DNA from: Marsupella aquatica
Lineage: Eukaryota > Plantae > Marchantiophyta
Reading direction: 5' to 3'
NCBI GenBank assembly: GCA_973895155.1
Contig: OZ316892.1
Coordinates: 29,580,932-29,644,931 of the forward strand
Length of the DNA: 64,000 nucleotides
Position numbers and translations under genes: made by a program. Under the pieces are notes generated by a model. It was not told the DNA's origin, did no database searches, and saw nothing but the letters and a program-made list of their open reading frames with translations. Every line of letters starts with the position of its first letter. Within the stretch, counting starts at the first letter, position 1. Of the stretch, positions 27,761 through 40,622 are shown piece after piece.

Positions 27761-30700
27761 ATGGTAGAATTCAACCCTTCGCACGAGATACGGGAGGGCG
27801 TTGATGTGGTGTGGCAAATTCCTCCCAACCCGAAGGCAGTTCTGTACCTCGCCCACAGCCTCAATGGCAGTCCCTTCAGCTACTGGCCGTCGCACGCCAA
27901 TGTTCCACAATGCACGGGGACTCCGGAGCACAAAGTGGTGACTAAAGATGCGCTGGAGCGGGGTTTTGCAGTGATTGCTGGGACAAGTGTTACCAACGAA
28001 TGGGAGACATGGCCCCCATCCAACGTGGATATCCAAAATGCTGTCAAGATACTAACGGCGTGGACTCGTGAGCATGGACTGGAAGACTTGCCCCTGTCAG
28101 CTTGGGGTACATCTTGTGGGGGCGATTATGTGTCCGCCCTAGCAACTGCGGTAAGTCCAACACTTATTTTTGGTCAGGATATAATAATAGAAGGATTTAT
28201 TGGTTATGAACAGACGAGTAGTTCAATGCTACGAGGCACCTTGTCGTGAACATATAGCTGGATACATCTTCTGAACACTTGCATCGACCCTGCTGACAGT
28301 TGCTGTGCAACCGATCAATGTATGATTCGATTGTCAATTTCGTAGTTCCATATGTTGTCTTTTGTCAGATTCTCTGTTTCATTGATGGGTGGGCACCATT
28401 CTGATGTCTCCCGACGTGGTCGATGATGTGACTCCACACTTATGCATGGGATTTCTATTGGGTCCGTTAGCTTTGTCAGACTGATTGTTCGGGCTGCTTT
28501 TATGGAGCTGAGAATTTTGCCAGATTCCCATGGGTAGTGGATTCGTCTGAATAGATCCCACATTTCATTCAATTCTGTTCATGGGTTGTGATCCGTCCTC
28601 ACATCCCTCTCGTTAATTGCATGATTGCTGATGTGTACAGGTCAAGATGCACTCTCTGATTGTCATGATATCGCATGGCCATCCTGAAGCCTTCAAAGCT
28701 GCTGTCCCTGGAGAATACCCTGCTACTCTGTTTGTCCCAATGATTAACGACGAGAAGACGTTTTCGTTGGTGAAGGAGAATAGTGGGATTTTAAGAGGGA
28801 AGGGAATTCCATGTGCTATTCAGGAAGCTCCGCCTCTTAAAGTCCACCCTCATTTCTTAGCCGAAAATATTGATGAATTGGACAAGGACCAGTCAGCCAA
28901 GTTACACTCCCTTTTCGTGGAGCATGGTATCGTTGCTGAGGACAATTCGTTGAGAAGAGTTCTCTTGAAGCATGAGGTAGAACCGTATCTCAGAAAGACA
29001 GGAATTTTGCCTACAGAAGACGACTTGCAACGCCAGAAAGATGAGGTATTGATCTTATGGCTTATCATGCTGCATTTTGTTTTTGCCCGCGAAGAAGGAG
29101 GTGGCTCCTCATTCTGCATGCAACGACCATTCTTTTTCAAGTGTTCTGTACTGATGTTATTTACATATTTCATGCGAAAGGTGAGAAATCCATGAATAGA
29201 ACAAAGACAAGACCCAACAGCTATCAAATTGAAATTGTGAGGAACCAAACAGAAAGAAGAAAAATAGAGCAATTGGAAATGCAAATAGAAATCTGCAACC
29301 CAAATAAGATGCCAAAGCTTGTTACAATCTGCTCTGCAAGTAGAACCGAACGAGAGACAATTTACCACAGATTTTAATCAATCCATTGATTATAAAGGGA
29401 TCTGTGAGTCACGCTTATTTGAATGTATCATAGACCGTTCATGACTTTTACAAAAGAAAATCACGAATGAAACACCTACGAGGCGGTGGGATTTGCGCTG
29501 AATGCACATGAGTCGCATGGAAGTGATCTCTCGAGTTGATCCCATCTATTGTTTCCGCTGTTGAATGAGTTACTGCCGTGTGTATGCATTGCTTTCAGTG
29601 GACTATCAATCTAGATGATCTTTATGCTGAATCACCTGTCTCCATGAATAAGTCTGGAGCCATCGGTAGATTCCTTAGTTGATCCAGCCTTTCAATCTAG
29701 ACTGTTGTAGAGGTTGCTTTACAAAGCTGCATGACTCGGGACCCTTCAGTCAAGAGCCAGACTTGAGTGGTCAACTATTGTCTGGTGCTGTATGGACAAA
29801 TGGAAGATACAGGTATTCTGCACAAGGTGATTATATAACAACCACCTTGTCGTTGTGAGTATAGCTGTGCCTGGTGTCACAAGCTTCACTCGATTGCCAA
29901 CTGGGCACAATTTCAAACAAACGAACTCCATAAATTGCACGCCATACATTTGAGCCGCTTTTGTATTACAGCAACTGAAGTGGATCAATAACGCACTAGT
30001 ACTGAAGAAGTAATTTCGCATTGCCACAGAAATAGAATGGCCCGAATCAGCAATCCTAGTCTATTTCCGCAAAGGAAGGCGAAGTAAGATGAAGATTCTA
30101 ATCCTATGTAGTTTCGGAATAGAAGGACATACTTATATACAAGCAGTTCCGGAGCGCTTTGTTGGTCAATCCATCGACTGAGGTAGAGATTCGTAAGGCA
30201 AACTAGCTAAGAGCGCCCACATTTAAGTGAGGATGGATCTTAAATGCAGGGTCACTGGAATATGACTTATAGCCTCCAATTGTTCACGAGCTTGCAAGTA
30301 TTCGGAGACCCTTCAATTTAGTACGTTACCCGGCTTTAGCTTTGCATGAAGTAGTGTAGATTGTGAAAGCATTACCATTGCTATGATGTCAATCATTTCC
30401 TTCATTTGACTCTGAACTTGAATTGATCGTGCAGGAGAAATTGGAGGTACAAGCGGCGGGGGGATTGAAGCAAGGTGGTGGTCGAGGGCCCGGGGGCCCT
30501 CCACAAGCAGGAGGACGTGGAGGACCTCCAGGTGGAAGACGAGGTGGTGTCGGAGGACCACCATCTGTCCGTGGTGAAGCTCCACCAGCAGGAGGACGAG
30601 GACAGCCACCATCTCTCCGTGGTGAGGCTCCAGCAGCAGGAGGACGAGGACAGCCACCATCTCTACGTGGTGAATCGCCTCCACATGCAGGAGGACATCC

Positions 30701-31151
30701 AGGTGGAGGACCAGGTGGTGTAGGAGGACCACCATCTGTCCGTGGTGAAGCTCCACCAGCAGGAGGACGAGGACAACCACCATCTCTCCGTGGTGAAGCT
30801 CCAGCAGCAGCTGGACGAGGACAGCCACCATCTCTACGTGGTGAATCGCCACCTGCAGGAGGACGAGGACAACCACCATCTCTCCGTGGTGAAGCTCCAG
30901 CAGCAGCAGGACGAGGACAGCCACCATCTCTACGTGGTGAATCGCCACCTGCAGGAGGACGAGGTGGTGGTCGGGGTGGTGGTGGCCCAAAGCAAGGAGG
31001 TGGAGGACCACCTCCTTCTCATCCATTAGCCAATGGAATTTCTAACCAGCTTATGGTGGCTCAAGGAAATCACACGCTCACAGCTCGTCACAACACTGAG
31101 GTTTTTGCATGGTTGGAGGGCAGAGGCTGGCCCAATTCCCAGCCCCAATAG
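27761..31151 (+). CDS. Plant alpha/beta-hydrolase family protein, paralog 2, with an RGG/Pro-rich repeat insert. Exons 27761-28150, 28641-29045, 30435-31151
   Basis: Exon 1 (390 nt, same length as in paralog 1) contains the WGTSCGG elbow and ends at GTAAGT. Exon 2 follows tacag, includes YPATLFVPMIND and ends GAT GAG|gt. Exon 3 follows gtgcag in phase 0 and ends ...LMVAQGNHTLTARHNTEVFAWLEG (putative catalytic His). Confidence 0.85.
30555..30965 (+). repeat. Coding tandem repeat, 48-nt / 16-aa unit PPS(L/V)RGE(A/S)P(P/A)AGGRGQ, about 8 copies
   Basis: ccaccatctctccgtggtgaagctccagcagcaggaggacgaggacag repeated. Confidence 0.9.
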
Positions 31152-31599
31152 ATTTTGCGTGGGAGAAATCATGTAGACTGACGTGCTTCACTTCCACATA
31201 TCTACTTCGTAGAATAAATCGTGCTTAGTTCTGTAGAACTGTGAGTGGAAACAGAGAAATCTTCGACTGTTGGGGTAGAACTGCTAGCTGGTCGGATCAA
31301 GTGAATAGTTTCACTCAACGACTGAGGAAACCCCCAAACGTTTAAGGTGGTTTAATTGAGACTCCATTTGTATGTAAAACAGACAGCGATGCTCCTGCTG
31401 GTCAGTACGTAAATTCTCACGTTGGTGAAGTTGTAGACTGTGAGGCGACACAGTAGAAGTGTGCAGAACATACTTTATAAACTGGATTTGTGGAAAGGCT
31501 GTGGGTCCAGTACCTATCTTGATCAGTAAGAGTCATAGTGCTGTCTCTCTGGACTGTCAAAACCTGTGAGTAACTTGGTGATACTGCGCAGTTTACAGA

Positions 31600-31990
31600 C
31601 CTGAGATTGGAGTTTGAAGGGTCGTATAGCCAGTCCCCTTTCGTCATGAGGCCTGGTAATGATGTCCCAGGCTACAAGTGCCTTTTATTGGCTCCATGCA
31701 CATTCTTCCCCCACAAGAAGCTCCTGCAAATCTTCTCTAATTGTTTGTATCCAGTCTTCTGGATGTTGAGCAGCATCAGGTGGTACACAGGTATAGCCCT
31801 AAGAACATGCTTGAGAAGGAATAACCTGCCAGCTTATGTTAGTATCCTGTTGGTGCAGTGCCGTAGTCTTTAGCGAATCTTACCCAGAAGAAATTCAGTC
31901 TCCTGAGTTGGCTTAATACCGTTGCCAATAGGACAGCCCAGGTAGGTGACAACTTCTTCTCTGGCAGCTATACGACAACCTGTTCCTACT
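31600..31990 (-). mobile_element. LINE (L1-like) ORF2 remnant
   Basis: Minus strand translates, with stops/frameshifts, to VVTYLGCPIG...LLKHVLRAIPVYHLM...LEKICRSFLWGK...LVAWDII, typical of the region after L1 RT. Confidence 0.8.
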
Positions 31991-32369
31991 CAGAGTGATA
32001 GCTTTCCTTGAACTAGACTTAGGAAGTCAAGCAATCATCTGCTGTACAAAGAAGAGTGTCTTTGTTTTCATCAACCAATTTTGATTTCTCAATGATGTTT
32101 TAATCCTTACCTTTTCAAAAAATAAAATGAAAACCTTTTATTCACTGGGCTTGCTGTAAAATTGAAAAAACATTACAGGCACCCAAATTTGGTTGGAGTG
32201 CGAATTTTTTTCTCAGATCTGAAAAGTTATCTCATTGCTAGAAAGGGAAGAAAATAAAGTTCAGATGTTTTCCATAGAGGGGTGTGGTGCTTGTTTAGAT
32301 TGGAGGCTTTTTCGCAAGTGCCACCAATATGATGAAGCCTTTAACTTGGCTGTCACATGAACTCAAAGA

Positions 32370-32615
32370 GGCTCTTGACAAGACACTATCAACATGAAGC
32401 CTTCTTGCAATCTGTACATCTTTCTTCAAGACTAGTCCAAAAACCTTTGAAGTGCACAACTTTATTGCAAGTGAAAACTGTGTCTCAAGACACTACAATA
32501 GGTATCTAGTTTGATATTTCAGTCACATTGGTGTCTGAATATCAGGGTACAATTCCAGGAATTTATGATCCATTTGGCAAATGCAGTTCTTAAATTGTTG
32601 ACATTACTCCTTACC
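32370..32615 (-). pseudogene. Duplicated 3' end and 3' UTR of the ankyrin/PGG gene (left half, split by the Mutator-like insertion)
   Basis: Colinear with 51082-51326 (ggctcttgacaag...atgaagccttcttgcaatc...acactacaa...gcagttcttaaat...ctccttacc). Confidence 0.7.
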
Positions 32616-33571
32616 ACCCCGAGTTAAATCTATGTCAAGTTAATGCTCCCCCACTTTCCTGGGGCGCCATACACTGCCCGTTCCAGTCCCCGATGTTGCT
32701 GCCCGCTCCGGCCCAAGTTTGGCAGAACATAAACCAATACTCTACCATTTTGTCACGCACTTTGGCCCGATCAACTTTGCTTTATCGACTTTATGTTTTG
32801 GCACCTTAAATTGCTCCGGCCCAACCGACTTAAGTTTGTGTCATCGACTTCTTCCTTGTGGAGTCGTGGTTTATGTTCTGGCAACGCTTTTTTTCCAGTA
32901 GAGTTGTACTTGCTTAACAGAGTCTAAGTGTTCAGGGCAAGCCTAGTACTTTGGTTAAGAGTCATGATTATAGACTCTTGCTTTACATACAATAAGTATT
33001 TGGCCATTTAAACCATATAAATACTTATTATCTAAGGAGTTGTGATTAATGTTTTGGTGTCCAACACTTCTTTCCAAGGGAGTCATGCTTGTTTGGTAAG
33101 AGAGTCTAAGTGTTTAGGCACAACCTAGTAGTCTGGTTGAGAGTCATGATTCTAGAGTCTTGGTTGATGTTTTGCCAAATGCTTCTTCTCAATGGACTCA
33201 TGGTTTATGTTCTGGCAACACTTCTTTCCAATGGAGTCATACCTATTTTGTAAGAGAGTCTAAGTGTTCAAGGGGAGCCTAATACTTTGGTTGAGAGTCA
33301 TGATTGATAGAGTCTGGGTTTATGTTGTGCCAAATACTTATTTTCTACAGAGTTGTGTTATGTCTTGGCAACACTTCTTTCTAAAAAGTTGATGACACAA
33401 AGTCAATCGGGCCGAGCGGCCGACAAAATGTGAAAGGTGCCAAAACATAAACCTGAAGTCGATGGCGCAAAGTTGATCGGGCCGGAGCACATGAGTTAAA
33501 TCATAGAGTATTGGTTTATGTTCTGCCAAACTTGGGCCGGAGCGGGCAACAGCATCGGGGACTGGGACGGG

Positions 33572-35904
33572 TGTTGAGCATAGACAACAATCGCAACGGT
33601 AAACCCATGAACCATCCAACGCACAAGAGTCGACACAGAGAGATACATGGTTCACCTCCACATGAGGCTAAGTCCACGGGAACACACAAGAGCTTTACTG
33701 CACTCTAGGCCGACCGGCCATACCAAGCATCCACAACGCAAGCTCTCCCTATCTCTTAACTAGCTCCGTAACAATGAGCCTGAGTTCCCACTCTCCAAGA
33801 AAACACCAATTGGTTATAGAGTGTGCATGTCGCTTGCTTATCAAACGATTGACACGACAAATATGTATTTTCTCCTACTAAAATCATTTGTTATCGTATG
33901 ACGGCCCGAATGTGGAGGGACGCTATTCGGATTCTATTGCATGTAGGATGAGTATGTTTATTTTCGCTCCTGAAAATGTAATTTTTGATCAAGTCTACCG
34001 ACTAGTTTCTCTGCTTTTGATCAAGTCCCATGGACTACACCACACACACTCCTGCTGGTCGCTGGTGGAGTGCTGTCACCACCCCTCCTACTCACATGGT
34101 TGACCAATCCGTGCAAGGATTCCTTAGACACTTCTTTGGGATAGAACACAATCGTGACACATAAAAGATAACGCTACACCAATTAAAACTTCAGGAATCA
34201 AACCAAATCCATATCTTTTGGTAAAAAATTGTAACACTTTGCAAGGACAACCCGGCCTCTTGCCGTCTGCCCAACTCCTGCTGCACTGGGACAAGTGCTA
34301 CGCCTCTACCTCACTACTTTGGCTTGATTCCCTCTTCTGGCTATGAGATAACTTCCCTAAACAAACACTAGACTGAGTTTCCTCCAATTCACTATGGGGC
34401 TCCCTCCTAAATACAAAAAAACACACCAAAGCACCCCTCACGGGTCACAATGATGGCGGCTATCCTAGCGACGCCACTAAAACCTCATTCAAGAATTCCC
34501 TAACCTAAATCATGCAGCACACACATGCTAACTAGAACCCTCATCTAACTACGGGACCAACGGTGCCTTTGACGATGCCAAACAACAATCCGGAATCCGT
34601 AGTCCCAGGGAAGTGTGGAGGCCCTCCCATGGTCGAAACCTAAAATATTTCAAACTACTCCCCTGATGGAAGCCCTGGACAGCCCTGCTCCTCCTGATCA
34701 CGGATCCGTAAATGACACTCAAAACGGATCCCGAATGGCCGAGATATGATCGTTTAAGTTTTTACGAGACACCGTCCCCTCCGTTTCGTCGGTACAACAC
34801 CAGGGGGCCCCGGCTTCTCCCACAACAGGGGTCCCCGGCTTTGCTGCTGCCATCCCCACTTCTAGGACAGAACTAGGGTCCCTGGCTGCCGGATGTACAG
34901 ACGTCCGTTCGGATCCAACGTCGAGAGATTTTTGTCAAAACATAATCTAACGTATCTTTACCATCTTAACTCCGTTTTGGCCGTGTGACACATCGTTGGA
35001 TTCAACTTGGAGAGCTCCTTCCAACAAGCCTGTAAACTTCTGATTTTGAGATGGTTGAAAATCTAACGTTCGTACACCTAGGGTCTGTACACATGCTGAA
35101 AGCAAGCACAAGAGGGAAAGGGTTTAGGGTTTAAGGTTTAGGTATGGGTGGGAACCCCACAAGTGAGAATAGAGAAAAAAGGGAAGGAAGAAAGAGTGAG
35201 GGCCCCTTCTATGGATGTGTCCTTCTACGGAGTGCCCCTCTACGGAGTGGGGAAGGAAAAGAGAACAAAAACCATGTGAGGACCACACAAAGGGTGCAGG
35301 GAACACAAATGTGGGAACCCCTTCCTTCTAAGGGCCCTCCCACCATCACTACTCCAAAATTGCCTAGTTTTATTGTTGTACGGGCATTGAGGTTTCTCAA
35401 GACGTCACTGTTTGATACAGACCTAAACTCAACTAGGGAACCCTAGTTTTGCATGAGGCTCATTGAGGGCTTCAAAATGAATCCAAACATGACCATGTTT
35501 GAAATAGTACTAGCGCAACAACGTCTGTTTCAAGTTTCAACATTTTCTATATTTTGGTCATTATTCCCGTTTTGCGCCTTATGTGGAGCCTCCGGCCAGC
35601 CCCCACAATGGTTCCCTTGTCATCCATCACCGCCAGGCACCCTCTCAACTCCAGCCTCCGGTTGTCGCATCCATTTATTAGAACTAACAAAAATAAAAAT
35701 TTTGAAAATCCAAACACTTTTACTACTGACACCTTCTTGTCTTTCTAGTTATATATGCAATTATAAGTCATCACTAAGTTACTACCTGGTTCGGGGCCCT
35801 GTCACAGTGCATAGCATGACTAACCTAACCAAGTCTACGACTAAGGTTAGCCTTAACTACGGTACAATCGTAACTCTAGACCTAAGAGTACGTAAATCCT
35901 AACA
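33572..35904 (-). repeat. Copia 3' LTR (33572-33827 plus 35812-35904), interrupted by a solo LTR
   Basis: Matches 50446-50794 on both sides of the insert. PPT (aagggggagat on the minus strand) lies at 35905-35915. Confidence 0.9.
33828..35806. mobile_element. Solo LTR (1979 bp) of another retrotransposon family
   Basis: Begins TGT, ends ACA, flanked by TSD GTGCA (33823-33827, 35807-35811). The uninterrupted site is visible in the sister LTR (ttatagagtgtgcacaacatgac). No recognisable coding domains. Confidence 0.8.
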
Positions 35905-36099
35905 ATCTCCCCCTTGACTCTGGTCTAGGGGAGGATAAAGACTGCTACCAATATGATTACTCAGCGAGAAGTTCTGGAAAAAAAACCAAATCGGTTTTCC
36001 CTCTTTATACGAGAGTAGACCAGAACTAGCCATAGCCTATACAAGAAATGAGCAAGAGCATATCTCAGTATCTACACAAATGTTAAGTAACCCTACTTG

Positions 36100-39000
36100 T
36101 GAGGCAATTGCAAAACCTGCAACACATCTTTCATCGTGTCTAGAAAAACTCTCCAAAGGAATCACTTTGGTAAAAATGGTAGTCGGGTTGAGTTTACCGT
36201 CAATCTTGACTAGCTCAAACATATTATCAGACATAGCCTACCTGATAAAACAGTATCTGACGTCGATGTGCTTCACTCTATTGTCCATCACCTGGTTCAC
36301 AGCAAGGTGGAGCACAATCTGACTATCACAATGGAGCTTCACATTTCCCTATGGCAATCCCATCTCAGTGATCAGTCTATCCAACCAAATCGCTTCCTTT
36401 GCTGCTTCTGTTGTTGCAACATACTCCGCTTCTCTAGTAGACTGAGCAATACATTTCTGCAAAGTAGACCTCCAACTTATGCAACCACCTCCCAGTGTGA
36501 ACACATAACCTGTTGTTGACTTCCTTCGATCCAGATCCTATGCATAGTCAACATCTACATAGCCCATCAATGATCTAGCATTATCAACATGTGCATCAAA
36601 CAATAGACAATGATCCACGATACCCTTCAAGTACCGAATAATCTACTTCACTGCTTCCCAGTGTACCTTCCCTGGATTTGACATGTACCTGCTCACCTTG
36701 CCCATAGCCATGGTAAGATCACGTCTAGTGCAAGTCATCAAATACATGAGACTCCCCACTACCTTGTCATAACTAAGGAACCTTTGACATCAGCCCCTTC
36801 TCTGTCTCATCCGTAGGACGGAATGCTGATGACAACTTGAAGTGTGGAGCCAATGAGATACTTACGGGCTTGCTATCCCCCATGTTGAACCTTGCAATTA
36901 CCTTCCTTGCATAATTGCTCTACATCAACCATAGCTTACCAGCCTCCAAGTCCCTAGTGATCTCCATACCCAAAGTCCTCTTAGCTGGCCCTAAGTCCTT
37001 CATCTTAAACTCTGCACTTAGCAGTGTCTTGAGCTTAATAATCTCAAACCTATCCTTGGTCGCAATAGCACATCATTCACATAAAGTACTAAAACAATGA
37101 ATCCAAAGACAACATTTTTCACCGGTAAAAGATACACACAAGGGTCAAACACACTCTTATGAAAGCCTTGTGCACGAATCCAATCATCAAACCGCTTATT
37201 CCACTGTCTTGTGACTGCTTCAACCCATACAAGGATCTCAACAATCTACAAACTAAATCCTCTTGCCCTCTCTTCACAAAACCTAGCGGCTGTTTCATGA
37301 AGATCACCTCTTCCAAGGTGCCATAGAGGAAAGTTGTGACAACATCCATCTGATCTAGCAACAGACCAAACATAACAACAAATACACATAATAGCCGTAT
37401 TGTTGAGTACTTAGCAACTGGTGAGAATACCTCATTGTGATCCACACATTTTTCCTAAGTGTATGAATACCTTGGATACCAACCTAGCCTTGTAGACCTT
37501 GGATCCACCTCCCGTGGACTGATCCTTCAGCTTGTATATCCACTTGCTGTCCACCACTTGCTGTCCCTCAGGCAGCTTGACAAGCTCCCAAGTTTTGTTG
37601 TCCTTCAGTGACTGCATCCCTATGTGCATTGCTGTAGTCCACTCCTGCTTCTCCTTAGAAGCACTTGCCTCATGAAATGAAGAAGGTTCCACTTCTTCCA
37701 AAATCAACAAATTACTCTCATCATCAGTAACAAATATTTCTCTTGCAATTGAGATGAATCAACCCATTGTCCATACCTTGGTGGAGCGAGTATAGTGTGA
37801 CCAAATATTCTTCTAGCCGATGACTCTGGTTGATCTGCATGTACTGGTACAATCTGAAGCTCAGCAACATCCATTTGTTGCTCACTAGCATCAACAAACT
37901 CCTCTGGTTCCTCTGGCATAGGAATTAATTCCATAATTGGAGCAACTCTTTTTCTCCGGTCATGCACCTCATGATCAATCTCCCCCTCAATGAGATCCAG
38001 GATAAGAGATTTTCCTTTGTCAGTATGGGAGACCTAAGTATTCTTCCCCTCTTTCAATAATCTAGATTCTCTTTCAATAATCTGGATTCATTGAAAGAAA
38101 CATCCCTATTGACAACAAGCTTATAGGCAGTAGGATCCCATAGCCTATAGGCTTTTACACCACTTTGGTATCCAAGAAAAATATATTTGTTGGAGGTAGG
38201 ATCCAACTTGGTCCTATTCTACTTAGGTGTGAGAGCATATGCATCATTTCCAAAAACTACCAAGTCGTGATAGTCTGCTTGTCGCTTATAGCGCATCTCA
38301 AACAATGTTTTGAAATTGATAGCACTAGAAGGAGAAAGATTTATCAAATAAGTTGCGATATTGATAACTTCTACCCAAAATTCCTGTGGTAAACCTGATT
38401 GGCTCAACATACTCCGTGACTGCTCCAATAATGTCCGATTGAGCCTCTCAGCGACATCATTTTGCTACGGAGTACAAACTGTGGTGAGATGGCGAGTTAT
38501 CCCCTGTTTAGAATAGTACTCTTCAAATTCCACTAAAAGTGTACTCCCCGCCGTTGTCTAACCTCAGACTCTTCACCCTTGTATCCAAACACTTGACTGT
38601 GTTTCAAGTCTGATTTTCACCTGGGCCTTCCACTTCTTAAAAAAGATAAGACATCAGACTTATGCGTCATGAAATAAATCTACACAAATCTTGAGTAATT
38701 GTCAATAAATGATACATAGTACAACTTTTCAGAGTGTGAGGGAGTTGGGAATGGTCCCCACATGTCACTATGTATGTACTCAAGAATAGCCTTGGAACAA
38801 TGAGTTCCAACACCAAAAGCACGACGATGCTGCTTTCCAAGGATGCAATGCTCACAGAACTCTAGAAATGAGTCCATTCTTTCGTAAGATAGCCAAACCC
38901 TTCTCACTCATGTGGCCTAGCCATGAATGCCACAATTGAGTCATCTCCCCGTGAGACTTTGTTACATTGGCCTCTCCACATATAGTATTGCCTTGCAACA

Positions 39001-39338
39001 CATATAAATTCTTCTATTTGCTCCCCTTCAAACTCACTCTCTCTCCTGACCTAACTTGAAGTTTATCATCAATAACGCTCCATTGATGACCATTTGAATC
39101 CAACACACCGAGTGAAATCAGATTTTTATGCATGCTAGGTACATACCTAAGTCCGGATACTGTACGCACAGTACCATCAAAACATTTGAATTTTCACAGA
39201 CCCAATACTCTCAATTTGACAAGAGTGATCATTTCCCATCAAAACTGAACCGTTTGAAATAGAGTAAGAACCGAAAAACTCACGAATGTAACAAATGTGC
39301 AAAGAGCAAACACAATCAAGAATCCACACATCATGTGC
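36100..39338 (-). pseudogene. Copia pol remnants: protease, GAG-pre-integrase, integrase, RT, RNase H
   Basis: WILDC(protease), FCEHCILGKQHR, LEYIHSDMWGP, YYVSFIDNYSR, LPQEFWVE, KTWELVKLPEG, FSPVAKYSTIR, QMDVVTTFLYGTLEE, LLRSLYGLKQ, KHIDVRY; many stops and frameshifts. Confidence 0.9.
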
Positions 39339-40622
39339 TGTCACGCCCCTAACCCGGGCTTTAAATCTAGTTTAGTTCCATGGGGCGACCTTGACCATGA
39401 GTAGGGGTGAGGGTTCAGGCAAGGAGGTGTGTAGTGGCCTCGATTAGCCCTAAGTCGGGCTAAGTCAATATACTTACCGGTATAATACGTACGCAACTCG
39501 TACTGGCCATAAGTATGTTTGTTTTCCATCGCTAGAATATTCCCACAGTTAGTGACTCGGACTAACTTTCGGCTTGGGGCTTTCAAGCCATCGACGCGAC
39601 AGAACCTTGTAGTATGCAATGGGTGGCAATCCCTACCATTAGTCCGCACCCAGTACGTCCCTTGAAATGGCGCCTTTGCCCAGACAAAACATACACAACA
39701 CCAGCTACCCGCGATAGAATCAGGGGGAAAATACTACATTTACTCAGTGAAGAATCAGTTTACATAGTTGACTCGACTTCTAAGGGGATCAGCAGGCCTA
39801 ACGGCAGTCGATGCCCAGTCTCTACGAGGCCCCGCCCCGTGCTTGCCCAGTAAGCTCGACTCTGGCTCTTACTCCTTAGTGCACTTTGACCCTACTCACG
39901 CAGGGACTCCCCGTGCCTCGCCTTTTCTTGCACTGAGATAACTAAGCCCTCTTCCCCCTCCCACAGCGGAAGGGGAAGCCTAAATACTACGGTTGCGGAA
40001 AAGAACCGAAAGATACTACCTTCCGGGGTAATGCCTACTGACTAACTGTAACCTTCTGACTAACCGGCCGCACTCCTCTGACCAGTTGACCGTCGGCGGC
40101 AAGGGCATTGACCGGGGTGGCAGCAGCTAAGTCTACTGACCAAAATCTAGTCCGTTGATGGACTCTATCCTACGTTGGCTGATCCTAACTGATCTTGTCC
40201 TAATTCTTCCTACTGTGCTGCTAATCGGCGCCAAATGATAGCCCTTATGTCGTTAAGCCTAATCAAAAAGATGTTGCTGACTCAACTGCCCCACGCGGCG
40301 CCTGCTCAGACCCTCCGCTAACCACCCCTTACGTGCGTGCTGTGGTTGGGCCAGGGTTTGTCCCCTTATCGGGGTGAGACCTCAAGCCGCCTTGATCAGA
40401 GGTGGGCCCAGGTGTTGCCCGCTGGAGGACGAGCAGAGTAACGCGGTCCTGCAAGGCCTTGTTATCCCGTACCACCTCCTCTGCCTCATTTGCCGCCTCA
40501 TCGGCCTATGCTTGGAGCCATGCTACCTCCAGCTTGAGCTGGTTAATGGAGTCACGCTGGGCCTAGTCCTGCGCCAGCAATTTATCCCGTTCGGCGAAGA
40601 GACTAGCCACCTGCTGAGCTGC

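Noticed and set aside
30313-31029. His/Val-rich antisense ORF (237 aa) and His/Gln/acidic alternative-frame ORFs
   Set aside because: By-products of a stop-free 48-nt repeat; only the Gly/Pro/Arg frame splices in phase and returns to hydrolase sequence
40222-40300. PBS-like TGGCGCC motif on the minus strand inside the Gypsy terminal region
   Set aside because: The match is short and not next to any sequence repeated as an LTR end; insufficient to redefine the LTR boundary
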